Shown here in pieces: positions 38,151-50,760 of a stretch of 64,000 bases of DNA; position 1 is the stretch's first letter; each line of letters starts with the position of its first letter. Made by a program: the position numbers and the translations under genes. The notes below the pieces were generated by a model. That model did no database searches, was not told the DNA's origin, and saw only the letters and a list, made by a program, of their open reading frames with translations. This DNA comes from Mobula hypostoma (taxonomy: Eukaryota), in assembly GCF_963921235.1 (NCBI RefSeq), contig NC_086097.1:34846001-34910000 (forward strand), read 5' to 3'.

Positions 38151-38569
38151 ATGAGGCTTAATATCACTGCCATATGTTGCGAAATTTGTTTTTATGTGGC
38201 AGCAGTAGATTTCTTCTGTTATTATGTTCTGCTGACTGCATCAAATGGCTATACTCATTAAAACTGCATAATAGTGTTATCTCAGTGAAAAATACTGATG
38301 GATACAAGAATGATCATCATTATGTGCCGTGTTGTATAAAGTGGCTGATTGTGGTTTTCCATCTCTCTTTAATCTGAGAGATTCTAATAAGCACTGCAAC
38401 CCTCTCACCGGACTTGTATACAAACTTGGCTTCTTAGCTAACTCTGCTAACAGCCACGTGACGCAGTGGTGAGAAAGCCACCTTTCATAAGGGTCAGTAT
38501 GATTTGGGGTTCAACCAAACAGGAAAGTTGGGGTGTTCTGGGGAGGAACATTGAGTGTAGTGAATGCTG

Positions 38570-39110
38570 TGTAATTACTGCTCTATGCAAATATATCGTT
38601 TGCCAGAAAATTAATAGATCTTACAGCTGCATAAAATTATGAAAGAAATATATTTACCGAATTTTCAACTTTTAACAAACAGTTAAAGAAAAAGAAGACA
38701 AAATTAGAAGGGCCCATTACAGTTGAAACAGTCTACTTGTGCACATAAACATTGGAGCTCATTTCTGGAGTAGTCGGGTATATTGCTTTACTCGTGCTGA
38801 ACTCGTGGTCTGAGTGAAAACACCTGCCATAGTCTGAATTCGCCTTGAAGACCATCTCGAATAAACTGGCTCTCTCAGGAGTATTGGCCCTTCCTCCTTG
38901 AAGTCACTCATCTGCACAAAGCACTTCTTACGATCGGGACACTCCTTCAAACAGCATTCTGCTGCATCTTTCCCTGTGCCCCTTATGGCTCCTTCTCTTT
39001 AGCCAAAGCCAAAACACTCTTACAGGACACACTGCTTTTACAGAAAACTACTAAAATTTAAAAAAAATACCTCACAGCATAGCAGCAGAAATCTTACCCA
39101 GGGCATTACA
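38570..39110. mobile_element. Probable solo LTR (541 bp)
   Basis: TGTAAT...ATTACA termini; flanks GCTG/GCTC; shares AGGGCCCATT..CAGTCTA..TTGGAGCTCA with 29145-29734. Confidence 0.6.
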
Positions 39111-39119
39111 GCTCTTAAA

Positions 39120-39625
39120 AACTTTCACCTGTCATCCCTTGATGTAGCTCATGGATGTCATGCGCTGTTGACTACGGCTTTTTCTTTCATGAATTTTTCC
39201 CATCACTGCAAGACGTTCGAGCTTTACTTTCCTCAGTACGTGTCCCAGAAATTCCAACTGCCATTCCCTGATTGACGATATCAGCTCTCTTTTTATTCTG
39301 CCTTTTTGCAACACTTCCTCATTTGTTACTTTTCTCCATGATATTTTCATCATTCTTAAGAACCACATTTCTACAATTTTGAGTCTTCCCTCATTTTGCT
39401 TGATATTGTCCAACTTTCGCTTCTTTATGTTGGTGTGGAATGAACATAGCACCACAGTACTCTGAGTTTTGTACCCATAGAAATGATGTTATTCTTTGGT
39501 ATCTTACTCAAATGTTTGAACGTGTATTTAACAATCCCAATCCTTCTGCTCATTTCAACATCAGCCCTACCATCAGATGTTATCGTGCTCTCTAAGTAAT
39601 AAGAATTTTCTTTTACTTGCATTTG
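39120..39625 (-). mobile_element. RTE-clade LINE fragment
   Basis: YLESTITSDGR..RRIGI..TKLRVL.CYV and EMWFLRM.KISW.KVTNEEVL..FLGHVLR motifs. Confidence 0.85.
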
Positions 39626-39924
39626 GGAAACTTAACCATAAATATGTGAAATTATTTTTTTGTTAACGTACAGACAGAATTGGTATTTGTGGCATGATCA
39701 TTACAAAGTAGTTTTATGACTTTGTAGTGTAATAACAAATGGGAATTTACAGTTTAAATGTAGATCGTATACACATTCAGCATTTGCACAGGGATAACTT
39801 CCTCATGGTCCTAAGGTAAGAACAGTTTTCCCTGCCAAAAGGCTCAACATTGTGGTCAATGCGTGCAGTGTGGCTAAAATAAACACTAATAAAGTTAATA
39901 CAAGTATTGGAATACCAGTCATTT

Positions 39925-41040
39925 CAAAATTGAATTTGACTTTACTACTTACATCCTTCATATACATGAGGAGTAAAATCTTTACATTACGTCTCCATCT
40001 AAATGTGCAATGTGCAATTTATAATAAATATTATGTACAACAGAACAGTCAATATAACATAGAAATATGGTTGCATCAGCGTGAATTAATCAGTCTGATG
40101 GCCTGGTGGAAGAAGCTGTCCTGGAGCCTGTTGGTCCTGGCTTTTATTCTGCGGTACTGTTTCCTGGATGGTAGCAATTGGACCAGTTTGTGGTTGGGGT
40201 GACTTGGATCCCCAATGATCCTTCGGGCCCTTTATGCAAACCTGTCTTTGTAAATGTCCTGAATATTGGGAAATTCACATCTATAGGTGCACTGGGCTGT
40301 CCGCACCACTCTCGGCAGAGACCTGCGAATGAGGGAAGTACAGTTCCCATGCCAGGCAGTGATGCAGCCAGTCAGGATGCTCTCAATTGTGCCCTTGTAG
40401 AAAGTTCTTAGGATTTGGTGGCCCATACCAAACTTATTCAACCATCTGATGTGAACAAGTGTTATTGTGCCTTTTTGACCACACAGCCGGTACGTAGGGT
40501 CCACGTGAGATCCTTGGTGATGTTTATGCCAAGGAACTTAAAGCTCTTCACCCTCTCAACCCCAGATCCATTGATGTCAATAGGGGCTAGCCTGTCTCCT
40601 TCCTCCATAATCAGCTCCTTTGTTTTTATGACGTTAAGGGAGAGGTTGTTTTCTTGACACCACTGTGTCAGGGTGATGACTTCTTTTCTTTCGGCTGCCT
40701 CACAGTGTAGTGTCGTCAGCAAATTTAATTAGCAGATTGGAGCTGTGGGTGGTGACACAGTCATGGGTATACAGAGTAGAGGGGACTTCGTACACAACCC
40801 TGAGAGGCACCTGTGTTGAGGGTCAGAGGGGCAGAGGTGAAGGAGCCCACTCTTACCACCTGCCAGTGATCTGACAGGAAGTCCATGATCCAGCTACACA
40901 AGGCAGGGTGAAGACTGAGGTCTCTGAACTTCTTGTTGAGCCTGGAGGGAATTGTGGTGTTGACATTCTCACATAAGCATCCTTCTTCTCCAGGTGTGTA
41001 AGGACAGTATGTAGAGCTGTGGCTATGGCATCATCTGTAT
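39925..41040 (-). mobile_element. Rex1/Babar-like LINE 3' part
   Basis: WCQENNLSLNVIKTKELI..FKFLGINI..VKKAQ and FY.GTIESILTGCITAWHGNC. Confidence 0.85.
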
Positions 41041-41687
41041 GTAATGTTTTTGGATTAGTAATTTGTAGAATAAAGTGTATTCGTATGTAATTTTGTTTAA
41101 AAATAACTAAGTTTGCCTAGAAGCTGTGGTAATTAAAAAAAACAATCCCCTTCTCTGTCCTGCATTGAACATATGTTTGTGTTTTTCTGTGCACCTAATT
41201 ACATGAGTTGTTCCAAATCCTTAAGCAATCCTTGAGTAAAATATCAGCTTGAATCAGAAATTTTAAAAATGTGTTTTTTTTTAAACTTTTGATTCAAGCT
41301 GGTATTTTACAAGATAGAAAAGGCTGATGAAAGAATTTTCATTGGTTGATAACTTGGTTTAACAACCATCAATATGGGCAGAATTTAGTAGTTTGCCTTT
41401 TGTATGCATTTGACTAATGTTTCAATTTTTCTTATGACTACACAGAACCAAATGGTAAGGCCTGTGAGTTGCATTAACGCATCCTGGCATTTAAGTTGTC
41501 AACATTATTAAAAATAAACATTTGCAGCAGCAAAGGATTAAAATGAAAGAGTTTGGCTTATAACCATTCAGCCCATACAGAGTACTGTTTTACAAATTAT
41601 AAACTTTGCTTAAACTAAAACATTGATCTTTTTATTCAAATGAGTGGATTATCTGGTTGAATTGTTATACTGCAGTTTTATGAAATA

Positions 41688-42305
41688 GTCATAGAGTATG
41701 ACAGCACAGGAACAGGCCCCTTAGCCCATCTGGTCCATGCCAAACTGTTATTCTTCCTAGTCCCATCGACCTGCACCTGGACCACAGCCCTCCATACCCC
41801 GCTCGTCCATGTACCTCTCCAAATTTCTCTTCAATGTTGAAATTGAACCCGCAACCATCACTTCCACTAATAGTTTGTTTCACTCTCTCACCACCATCTA
41901 AGCGAGAAATTCCCTCTCATGTTCTTAAATATTTCACCTTTCACCCTTAATCCATGACCTCTAGTTGTAGTCTCACAGAAGCTCACTGCAAAAAGCCTGC
42001 CTGCATTTATCCTGTCTAGACCTCTCATAATTTTGTATACCTCTGTCAAATCATTCTCCAACCCACCAGGAAATAAAGTCCTAACCTATCCACCCTTTTC
42101 CTATAACTCAGGTCCTCAAGTCCCAGCAACATGCTTAAAATTTTCTCCCTACTCTTACAATGATATTGATATCTTTCCTGTAGGTAGGTGACCAGAACTG
42201 TACACAATGCTTCAGATTAGGCCTCACAAATGTTCTTCTTGTACAACTTCAACATTACATCCCAACTCTTGTATTCAATATTTTGATTTATAAAGGTCAA
42301 TGCTT
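41688..42305 (-). mobile_element. CR1 LINE 3' fragment
   Basis: Homologous to 8866-9305 and other CR1 tails. Confidence 0.82.
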
Positions 42306-42747
42306 TGATTTATGAAGTTTTTCATTCTGTAATTTTGTGAAATACTTGATCAGTGATGTCTGCTGGATTATGTTCCAGGTTGGTTGATGTTGCTTTGGTA
42401 AAAGTAAATTGGTTTTAAAAACATTGTGTTACTTAGATACAGTTTTGGCTTGAGTAAGAATTTTGTTAGCTAATTTCTTGCAGATGGAAAGAAAATGTAT
42501 TAAAGAAGTTAGGCATTTATCTTGATTTCATATTCCCTCCATGTGATAATATTTTTTAGTTGTCATCCATGGGTTTTTCTTTTACAATGCTGAAAGAAAA
42601 ATATATATAGTGGAAGCAAGTACCAAAAAATTGTGAATTGTGGGTGACACTCTGAAGCATTGAGAGTAACAAGAATGGATGCATTCTTGTTATGCTGGGG
42701 AGATTTGATATGTCCATTTCATAAAAAAACGTAAAACACCTACTTAA

Positions 42748-43471
42748 GCAACACACATCAAAGTTGCTGGTGAACGCAGCAGGCTAGGCAGCATTTTTAG
42801 GAAGAGGTACAGTCGACGTTTTGGGCCGAGACCCTTCATCAGGACTAACTGAAGGAAGATCTAGTAAGAGATTTGAAAGTGGGAGGGGGAGGGGGAGATC
42901 CAAAATGATAGGAGAAGACAGGAGGGGGAGGTATGGAGCCAAGAGCTGGACAGGTGATTGGCAAAGGGGATATGAGAAGATCATGGGACAGGAGGCCCAG
43001 GGAGAAGGAAAAGGGGGAGGGGTGGGAAAACCAGAGGATGGACAAGGGATATAGTGAGAGGGACAGAGGGAGAAAAAGGAGAGAGAGAGAAAGAATGTGT
43101 ATATATAAATAAATAACGGGTGGGGTACGAGGGGGACGTGGGGCATTAGCGGAGGGTAGAGAAGTCAATGTTCAAGCTATCAGGTTGGAGGCTACCCAGA
43201 CAGTATGTAAGGTGTTGTTCCTCCAACCTGAGTGTGGCTTCATCTTTACAGTAGAGGAGGCTGTGGATAGACATATCAGAATGGGAATGGGATGTGGAAT
43301 TAAAATGTGTGGCCACTGGGAGATACTGCTTTCTCTGGTGGACAGAGTGTAGGTGTTCAGCAAAACGATCTCCCAGTCTGCGTCGGGCCTCGCCAATATG
43401 TAGAAGGCCACAGCAGGAGCACCGGACGCAGTATATCACCCCAGCCGACTCACAGGTGAAGTGTACCTTAC
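42748..43471 (-). mobile_element. Penelope-like element, 5'-truncated, with 14-bp TSD
   Basis: Close copy of 31940-32650; GIY-YIG ORF 43146-43439; TSD AAACACCTACTTAA at 42734-42747 and 43472-43485. Confidence 0.93.
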
Positions 43472-43629
43472 AAACACCTACTTAATTGTTTTGCAACATT
43501 GATCGAACCAAAGATGTGAGAGAAACATAGGTGGAACTAGAGTTGTAGAGTGATACAGCATGGATACAAGCGCTTTGGACTAATGAGTCCATACTGACCA
43601 TAGACCACCCAGCTAGTCTCAATGTCCAG

Positions 43630-45580
43630 CATTCAAGGTTCAAAGTAAATTTATTACCAACATCGTTTGTACATAAATGTCACCAACCTGTGTATGTTAC
43701 CAGATACTACAACTAGGTTAATTTTCTTGCAGTGTTTATGGCAATAAAGAAATGCAATAAAATTTTATGACAACTGTACATAAGCAGGCTGATAATAATC
43801 AACCAATATGCAAATGAAGACACTGAAAATAAAAATGATACTGAGAGCATGAGTTGTAAAGAGTCCCTGTAAGTGAGTATTTAGATGATAGAAGCAGTTC
43901 AGAGTAGTGGTGATTGAAGTTATCCACGCTGGTTCAGGAGCTAGTGGTTGTAGGGTAGTAACTGCTGAACTTGGTGGTATTTGACCTAAGGCTTCTGTAT
44001 CTCCTACTTGATGGTAGTAGTGAGATGAGGGCATGGCATGAATGCAAGGCGTCATTAATAGTCGATACTGCTTTTCTGTGACAGTGCTCCATGTAATTGT
44101 GCTCAATGGTGGGGAGTTCCCAGTGATAGACAGGGGAATAATCATCCCTTTCTGTAGACATAAACAAGAGAAAATCTGCAGATGCTGGAAATCCGAGCAA
44201 CACACACAAAATGCTGGAGGAACTCAGCAGACCAGGTAGCTTCTAGGAAAAGAGTACAGTCGGCGTTTCAGGCTGAAACCCTTCAGCAGGACTGGAGAAA
44301 AAAAAGGCTGAGGAGTAGATTTAAAAGGTGGGTGGAGGAGAGAGAAAAACACAGGGTGATTGGTGAAACTTGGAGCGGGAGGGATGAAGTAAAGAGCAGG
44401 AAAGTTGATTGGTGAAAGAGACAGAAGGCCATAGAAGAAAGAAAAAGGGGGCAGTGGGTGAGCAAAAGATAAGGTGAGAGATAGAAAAGGGGATGGGAAA
44501 TGGTGAAGGAGGGGAGTTTGGGGGGTCATTACCGGAAGTTTGGGAAGTCGATGTTTATGCCATCAGGTTGGAAGCTACTGAAACAGAATAGAAGGTGTTG
44601 TTCCTCCAACCGAAGTGTGGCCTCATCGCGACAGTGGAGGAGGCCATGGATGGGGAGATCCCGCTTTTTCTGGCGGATGGGGTGTAGGTGCTCGGCGAAG
44701 TGGTCTCTCAGTATATGTCCGGTCTCACCGATAGACAAGAGGCCACACCGGGAGCACCAAACACAGCATGTAACCCCCAACAGACTCCCAAGTGAAGTGT
44801 CTCCTCACCTGGAAGGACTGTTTACGGCCCTGAATGTTAGGTATATTGGTGAGACCTGATGTAGATTGGGAGACTGTTTTGCCAAGCATCTATGCTCCGT
44901 CTGCCAGGAAAAGCAGGATCTCCCATTTTAATTCCACTTCCCATTCCCATTCCAATATGTTCATCCATGACCTCTTCCACTGTCGTGATGAGGCCACACT
45001 TGAGTTGAAGGAACAACACCTTGTATTTCGTTTGGGTAGCTGCCAACCTGAAGGCATGAACTTCAATTTCTCAAACTAATGGTAATTCCCCCCCACCCCT
45101 CTCCTTCACCATTTCCTTTCCCCTTACCCCTTTCTCACCATGTTTGCTTGCCCATCCATCGCTTCCCTCTAGTGCACCTCCCTGTTTTTCTTTCTTCCAT
45201 GACATTCTGTCTCTTTCACCAATCAACTTCCTGGATTTTTACTTCATCCTCCCTCCTCCAGGTTTCATCTATCACCTTGTAATTTGCTCTCCCCTCCCCC
45301 TACCTTTTAAATCTACTCCTCAGCTTTTTTTCTCCAGTCCTGCTGAAGTGTTTCGGCCCAAAACGTTGACTGTACTTTTTTCCTAGATACTGCCTGGTTT
45401 GCTGAGTTCCTCCAGCATTTTGTATGTGTTGCACCTCTTTCTATAGTCTTTTCCATTCCTGGGAATTGATGTTTCCATACCAGACCATGATGCAATCAGT
45501 TAAGACACTTTCCACAGCGTATCGACAGTTGTTTGTCAAAGATTCAGGTGACATTTGGAAACTTCTAAGAATGTATCATT
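43630..45580 (-). mobile_element. Rex1/Babar-like LINE 3' remnant interrupted by an inverted Penelope-like pair
   Basis: HALISLLPSSRRYRSLRSNTTKF and HHGLVWKH fragments; contiguous across the 44158-45431 insertion. Confidence 0.7.
44158..45431. mobile_element. Head-to-head inverted pair of Penelope-like 3' ends
   Basis: Minus arm 44158-~44835 and plus arm ~44841-45431, both GIY-YIG remnants with decayed hammerhead; degenerate TSD CATCCCTTTCTGTAG / CACCTCTTTCTATAG. Confidence 0.88.
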
Positions 45581-46693
45581 TGGTTCATAACCCTTTAAGC
45601 CCTTCCCCTCCATGTACCTATGCAAATACGCCTAAAATGTTGCAGCTGTACTTGCCTCAACCACTTCTTCTGGCAGTTCATTCCGGGTACTCACTACCTG
45701 TGCAAAGAGGTTACCTCACAGGTCTCTTGTAAATCTCCCCCCTCTTATCTTGCATCTGTGCCCTCTAGTTTAGGACTTCCCAACCCTGAAGAAAAGACGA
45801 TGACTATACAGAAGAATTGATGAGATGAGAAGCATAACGGAGAAACTGGTAAAGGAACAGAAGAAGAAAGTTCCCTGAAAGTTACAGCTGTGAGGTGTCT
45901 GTGTACAGATTGAGTGAATTGAGTCTTGGCCTGGTTCTGTGCTTATATTCTACTTATTTATTTCAGTGTACTTTTATGATCTTTGGATATAAAAGAATTT
46001 GTATTTTTTTTTGCCACTGATGGTAGTGGAGGCTAAACCATTTAAGTTAGAGATCAATATTTGAAAGGGGTCAAGCATTTGTGGATTAGAACAAGCACAG
46101 AAGAGTGGTTGAGGCCATTGTAGATCAGTCATAATATTGAATGCTGGGACAGGATTGAGAAGTCTTGTGACTTATTTCTGCTTATATTTTCATATATTCT
46201 TCAGTATTGGTCATTACTTCTGAGAGGATATCAGTTTCTATCTTTCACTTGGAGATGATTGCCACATTTGCCAAATAGTTGCTTTGTTCGTTTCCTTGTA
46301 TTGATGGGGAGGACGTACAGACACCTTTCAGAGGATGCCGGGATTAAAATCCGACCCCCAGTGCTTCCAGCTGTAATCGCGTTACGCTAGCCACTATACT
46401 TCTATGGTGGCCAACATAGAGTAGTGGTTATCTGGAATGAGATGCCTGAGCAGTTGGTAGAGGACGATGTTTAAAAGGCACATGGATGGGTACTTAAATA
46501 GAAGAGGAGTGGAGGGATGTTGCTCTAATCTGGATTTATGGGATTAATGTAGATTGGTGTTACAGGTTGTGCCATAGAGCTGATTTCTGTGCTCTACAGC
46601 TCTGTGTAGGAATTTTCAAGATTTTGGTGTACCAGAAATAAAAGAAAGCTGTTTCATTTTTCGATTCAACCTAACAGTCACTAAAATAACTCC

Positions 46694-46975
46694 TCAACCA
46701 TTAACAACAGTAAGCACCTCTGCCAACACAGAAAGCACATAACCTTTGTCAAAGCTGAAGATAAACCACAGCCTCAGCCCAGATCACCAGCAGGCTTGCT
46801 CTCTGTGGCATCTGACTGGCAACTGAAAGTTGATCTTGGCAAATAATTAAAATTCCCTGACTTCATCGCATCATCATCACTGAGGCCTGACGAGGTCATT
46901 CTATCAGAAACCGTGAATCAGTGGTCATAATAAAACTGAAGTTGCCTTGGGAAGAGTGGATTGAGGAGTCCATTG
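46694..46975 (+). mobile_element. Hero-like (RLE-type) non-LTR retrotransposon fragment
   Basis: Hand translation: ITFVKAEDK..GLLSVASDWQLKVDLGK*LKFPDFIASSSLRPDEVILSET / ..LKLPWEEWIEE, a restriction-like endonuclease region. Confidence 0.75.
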
Positions 46976-46984
46976 ATGAATATA

Positions 46985-49950
46985 GGACTGAAGTTGTTAT
47001 ATTTGAATGCACACAGTATACAAAATAAGGTAGATGAACTTGTAGTGCAGTTAGAGAAGGGCAGGTATGATATTGTGGGCATTTCTGAGTCGTGGCATAG
47101 TGGTTAGCACAGCGCGTTACAGTACCAGCGACCCAGGTTCAATTCTCACCGTTACCTGTAAGGAGTTTGTACGTTCTCCCTGTGACCGTGTGGGTTTCCT
47201 CTGGGTGCTCCGGTTTCCTCCCACAGTCCAAAGACCTCCCGGTTGGTAGGTGAATTGATCATGGTAAATTATCTCGTGATTAGGCTAGGATTAAATTGGG
47301 GGTTGCTGGGCAGCGCAGCTTAAAGGGCCTATTCTGTGCTGCATCTCAATAAATAAATAAAATAAAATAAGATAAATCATAGTTGAGAGCTTATCATCCA
47401 ACCATACACATTGTATCAAAAGGACAGGCAGGTAGGCAGAGGGGGTCGGGTGGTTCCACTGGTAAAAAATGAAATCAAATCCTTGGTAAAGGGGATATAG
47501 GATCGGAAGATGTTGAATCCTTGTGGGTAGAGTTAAGGAACTGCAAGGGTTAAAAAGACTGATGGGAGTTGTATACAGCTCTCTAAACAGTAGCTAGGAT
47601 GTCGGGTACAAGTTAAAACGGGAGACAGAAAATGCAGGTAAAAAGAGCAATATTGCAATAATTATGGGAGATTTCAATGTGTAGTTAGATTGGGAAAATC
47701 CAGTTGGTGCTGATCCCAAGAGAAGGAATTTGTAGAATACCTATAAGATAGCTTTCCAGAGCATCTTGAGGTTGAGCCCACTTAGGGATCGGCTATTGTG
47801 AGTTTGGTGTTATATAATTACCCAGATTTGATTAAGAAGCTGAAGGTGAAGGAGCCCTTAGGAGACAGGGATTATAATATCTTAGGATTCACCCTGCAGT
47901 TTGAGAGGGCAAAGGTAAAATTGAATGTATCCAGATTACAGTGGAGTAAAGGGAATTACGGCAGCATGTGAGAGGAGCTGACCAAAGTTGACTGGAAGTG
48001 GACGCTAATGGATGATGACAGAACAGCAATGGCAGGTGTTTCTGGGGAAAATTCAGAAGGTGCAGGAAAGATGCATCCCAAAGAAATTTTAGTGAGAGGA
48101 TGAGACAACCATGGCTGACAAGGGAAGTCAAAGTTAACATAAAAGCAAAACAGAGGTCAATTAGCAAAAATTAGTGGGAAGGTTAGAGGATTGGGGAAGC
48201 TTTTAAAAACCAACAGAATGCAACTAAAAAACCCATAAAGAGAGAAAAGATGAAATATGAAGGTAAGCTACCCAATAATGTAAAAAAGAATACAAAAAGA
48301 TTTTCAGATATATAAAGAGTAAAAAAGAGACGAGAGTGGATAGCAAACTGCTGGAAAATGAGGTTGGAGAGATATTAATGAGGGACAAAGAAATGGCGAA
48401 CAAACTTAATAAGTATTTGGAAGACACTGGCAGAATGCCAGAAATGCAGTGATGTCAGGGCAGAAGTGAGTGTCGTTGCTGTTACTAAGGAGAAGGTTCT
48501 TGGGAATGTGAAAAGCCTAAAGTTAGATAAGTCACCTGGACTAGATGGACTACACACCAGTATTCTGAAAGGGGTAGCTGAAGAAATTGTACAGGCATTA
48601 GTAACAGTCTTCTGAGTATCATTAAATTTTGGAATGATTCCTAAGTGCTGGAAAATTGCAATCTCCACTCTAAGAATGGAGGGAGGAAGAAGAAAGGAAG
48701 TTATAGGCCATTTAACCTGAATTCAGTGGTTGGAAAGATGTTGGAGTCTTTATAAGAATGAGGTTTTGGTGTACTTGGAGTCGCATGATAAAATAGGCCA
48801 AAGTCAGCATGGTTTTCTAAAAGGGAAATCTTGATTGACAAATCTTCTTTGAAGATATAACAGGTAGGATAAACAAAGAAGAATCGGTGAATGTTGTTTA
48901 CTTGGATTTTCAAGAGGCGCACATGAGGCTGCTTAACAAGCTTGTGGTATTACAGGAAAGGTCCTGGCATGGATAGATGATTGGTTGACTGGCACAAGGC
49001 TAAAAGTGGGAATAAAGGGGACCTTTTCTGATTGGCTGCCGGTGACTAGTGGTGTGCCTTAGGGGTTGGTGTTGGGACCACTTCTTTTCATGTTGTATGT
49101 CAGTGATTTGGATGAAGGAATTGATGGCTTTGTGGCCAAGTTTATGGATGATACGAAGATAGCTGTAGGAGCGGGTAGTGTTGAGGAAGCAGGGTGTCTG
49201 CAGAAAGAATTAGATAGATTGGGGGAATAGGCAAAGAAGTGGAAGATGGAATATAGTGTAGGGAAGTGCATAACCGTGCACTTTGGTAGAAAGAATAAAG
49301 GCAAGGACTGTTTTCTAAATGGGGAGAAACCTCAAAAATCAGAAGGTCTTAAGAGTCCTCGTGCAGGTTTCCCTAAGTTTAAGGTTTACAGGTTGAGTCA
49401 GTGGTAAGGAAGGCAAATGGCATCTCATGCATTTTTGAGATGACTAGAATACAAAAACAAGGATGTAATGCTAAGGCTTTATAAGGCATCGGTCAGACTG
49501 CACTCAGAGTATTGTGAGCATTTTTAGGCCCCCTATCTGAGAAAAGATGTGCAGTCCAGAGGGGTTTCATGAGAATGATTTCAGAAATGAAAGGGTTAAC
49601 ATAAGAGTGTTTGTTAGCTCTGGGCCTGTACTCGCTGGAGTTAAGAATGAGAGCAGATTGAATATTGAAAGGTCTGCATAAAGTGGATATGGAGAGGATA
49701 TTTACAATAGTTGGGGAGTCTCAAACCAGAAGCCACAGCTTCCAATTTGGGGGACACCCATTTAGAACAGATGAGGAGAAACTTCTTTAGCCAGAGGATG
49801 GTGAATTGGTGGAATTTATTGTCACAGATGGCTGTGCACCAAGTCAATGGGCATGTTTAAGACGGGAGTTTGATAGGTTCTTGATTAATCAGAATATTAA
49901 AGGTTACGGGGAGAAGGCAGGAGAAAGGTGTTAAGAAGGATAATAAATCA
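46985..49950 (+). mobile_element. CR1 LINE ORF2 (APE + RT), decayed, with nested SINE
   Basis: Collinear with 52430-55290 (LNA.SI, MGDFN, DKSPG.DG.H, KF.DD); many stops and frameshifts. Confidence 0.88.
47092..47370 (+). mobile_element. V-SINE/HE1-like SINE
   Basis: TGGCATAGTGGTTAG A-box-like and GGTTCAATTC B-box-like motifs; GGGTGCTCCGGTTTCCTCCCACAGTCCAAAGAC V-domain; (AAAT)n tail. Confidence 0.88.
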
Positions 49951-50567
49951 GCAATCACAATCACTACATATGCCTTTCAATATTAGATAAGGTTCAATGA
50001 GATCCCTCTCATTACTTGAGGAATCTGTTCATGTGCAGCATATTTCTGAAGGTAGACCTCTGCACCTCATGTATTGGTGCTGAATTTCTTCTGAATTTCT
50101 CATTTGCCAGCAATTAATGCGACAATATACCATGAAGAGAGTGCACATTATGAAAATGGAACCAGTTCTACATAGATTCTTGTTACACCTAGCAGTGTTG
50201 TTGTGAACAGATATTTCTGTGAAGGGTAAACTATTGATCTAACATTTTCATCCTCAGCAACATTAAGTTGATGGAGTCTTCTCAATGTTGGATGAGCAAT
50301 GTGAGAAATTCTTGAATAGTTGAGGGCAGATGGGAGAGCTGGAGCTGAATATTTCCATCTAGTGTTTTGTTCTTTGCAAGATCAAAATGGATACATTTAA
50401 ACCAGGTCTTACTGTCTAGTTTGTAAATTTTTTTGTGTACAAATATAACTTATTCCTGTTACAACAGCCCAGATATATTATAATTATTAAAATTCTGCAT
50501 CAAAGCAAACTCCTGTGATTTTTTAAAAAGTGCATTCTTCTTCTAACATTTTATTTTTCTTTCGCAG

Positions 50568-50621
50568 TTGGCATATTGCATTGTACAGTTTCTTGAAAAA
50601 GATCCAACATTAACTGAACCG
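50568..50621 (+). CDS. PPP2R5E: B56-epsilon-like coding exon G
   Basis: TCGCAG| ... |[24 protein letters not shown]. Confidence 0.95.
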
Positions 50622-50709
50622 GTGAGTTCTATGATGCTTGTCAATTAATGTTATTAGATAAAATTCAAGTGGATTGACCTTAATACTTTTGACTTTTATG
50701 CTTCTTCAG

Positions 50710-50760
50710 GTCGTCAGGGGTTTACTAAAGTTTTGGCCAAAAACATGCAGTCAGAAAGAG
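50710..50760 (+). CDS. PPP2R5E: B56-epsilon-like coding exon H
   Basis: CTTCAG| ... |GTAATG; VVRGLLKFWPKTCSQKE; follows an 88-nt intron. Confidence 0.95.

Noticed and set aside
47092..47160. tRNA gene
   Set aside because: The tRNA-like head runs into a V-SINE core and A-rich tail; no complete cloverleaf.
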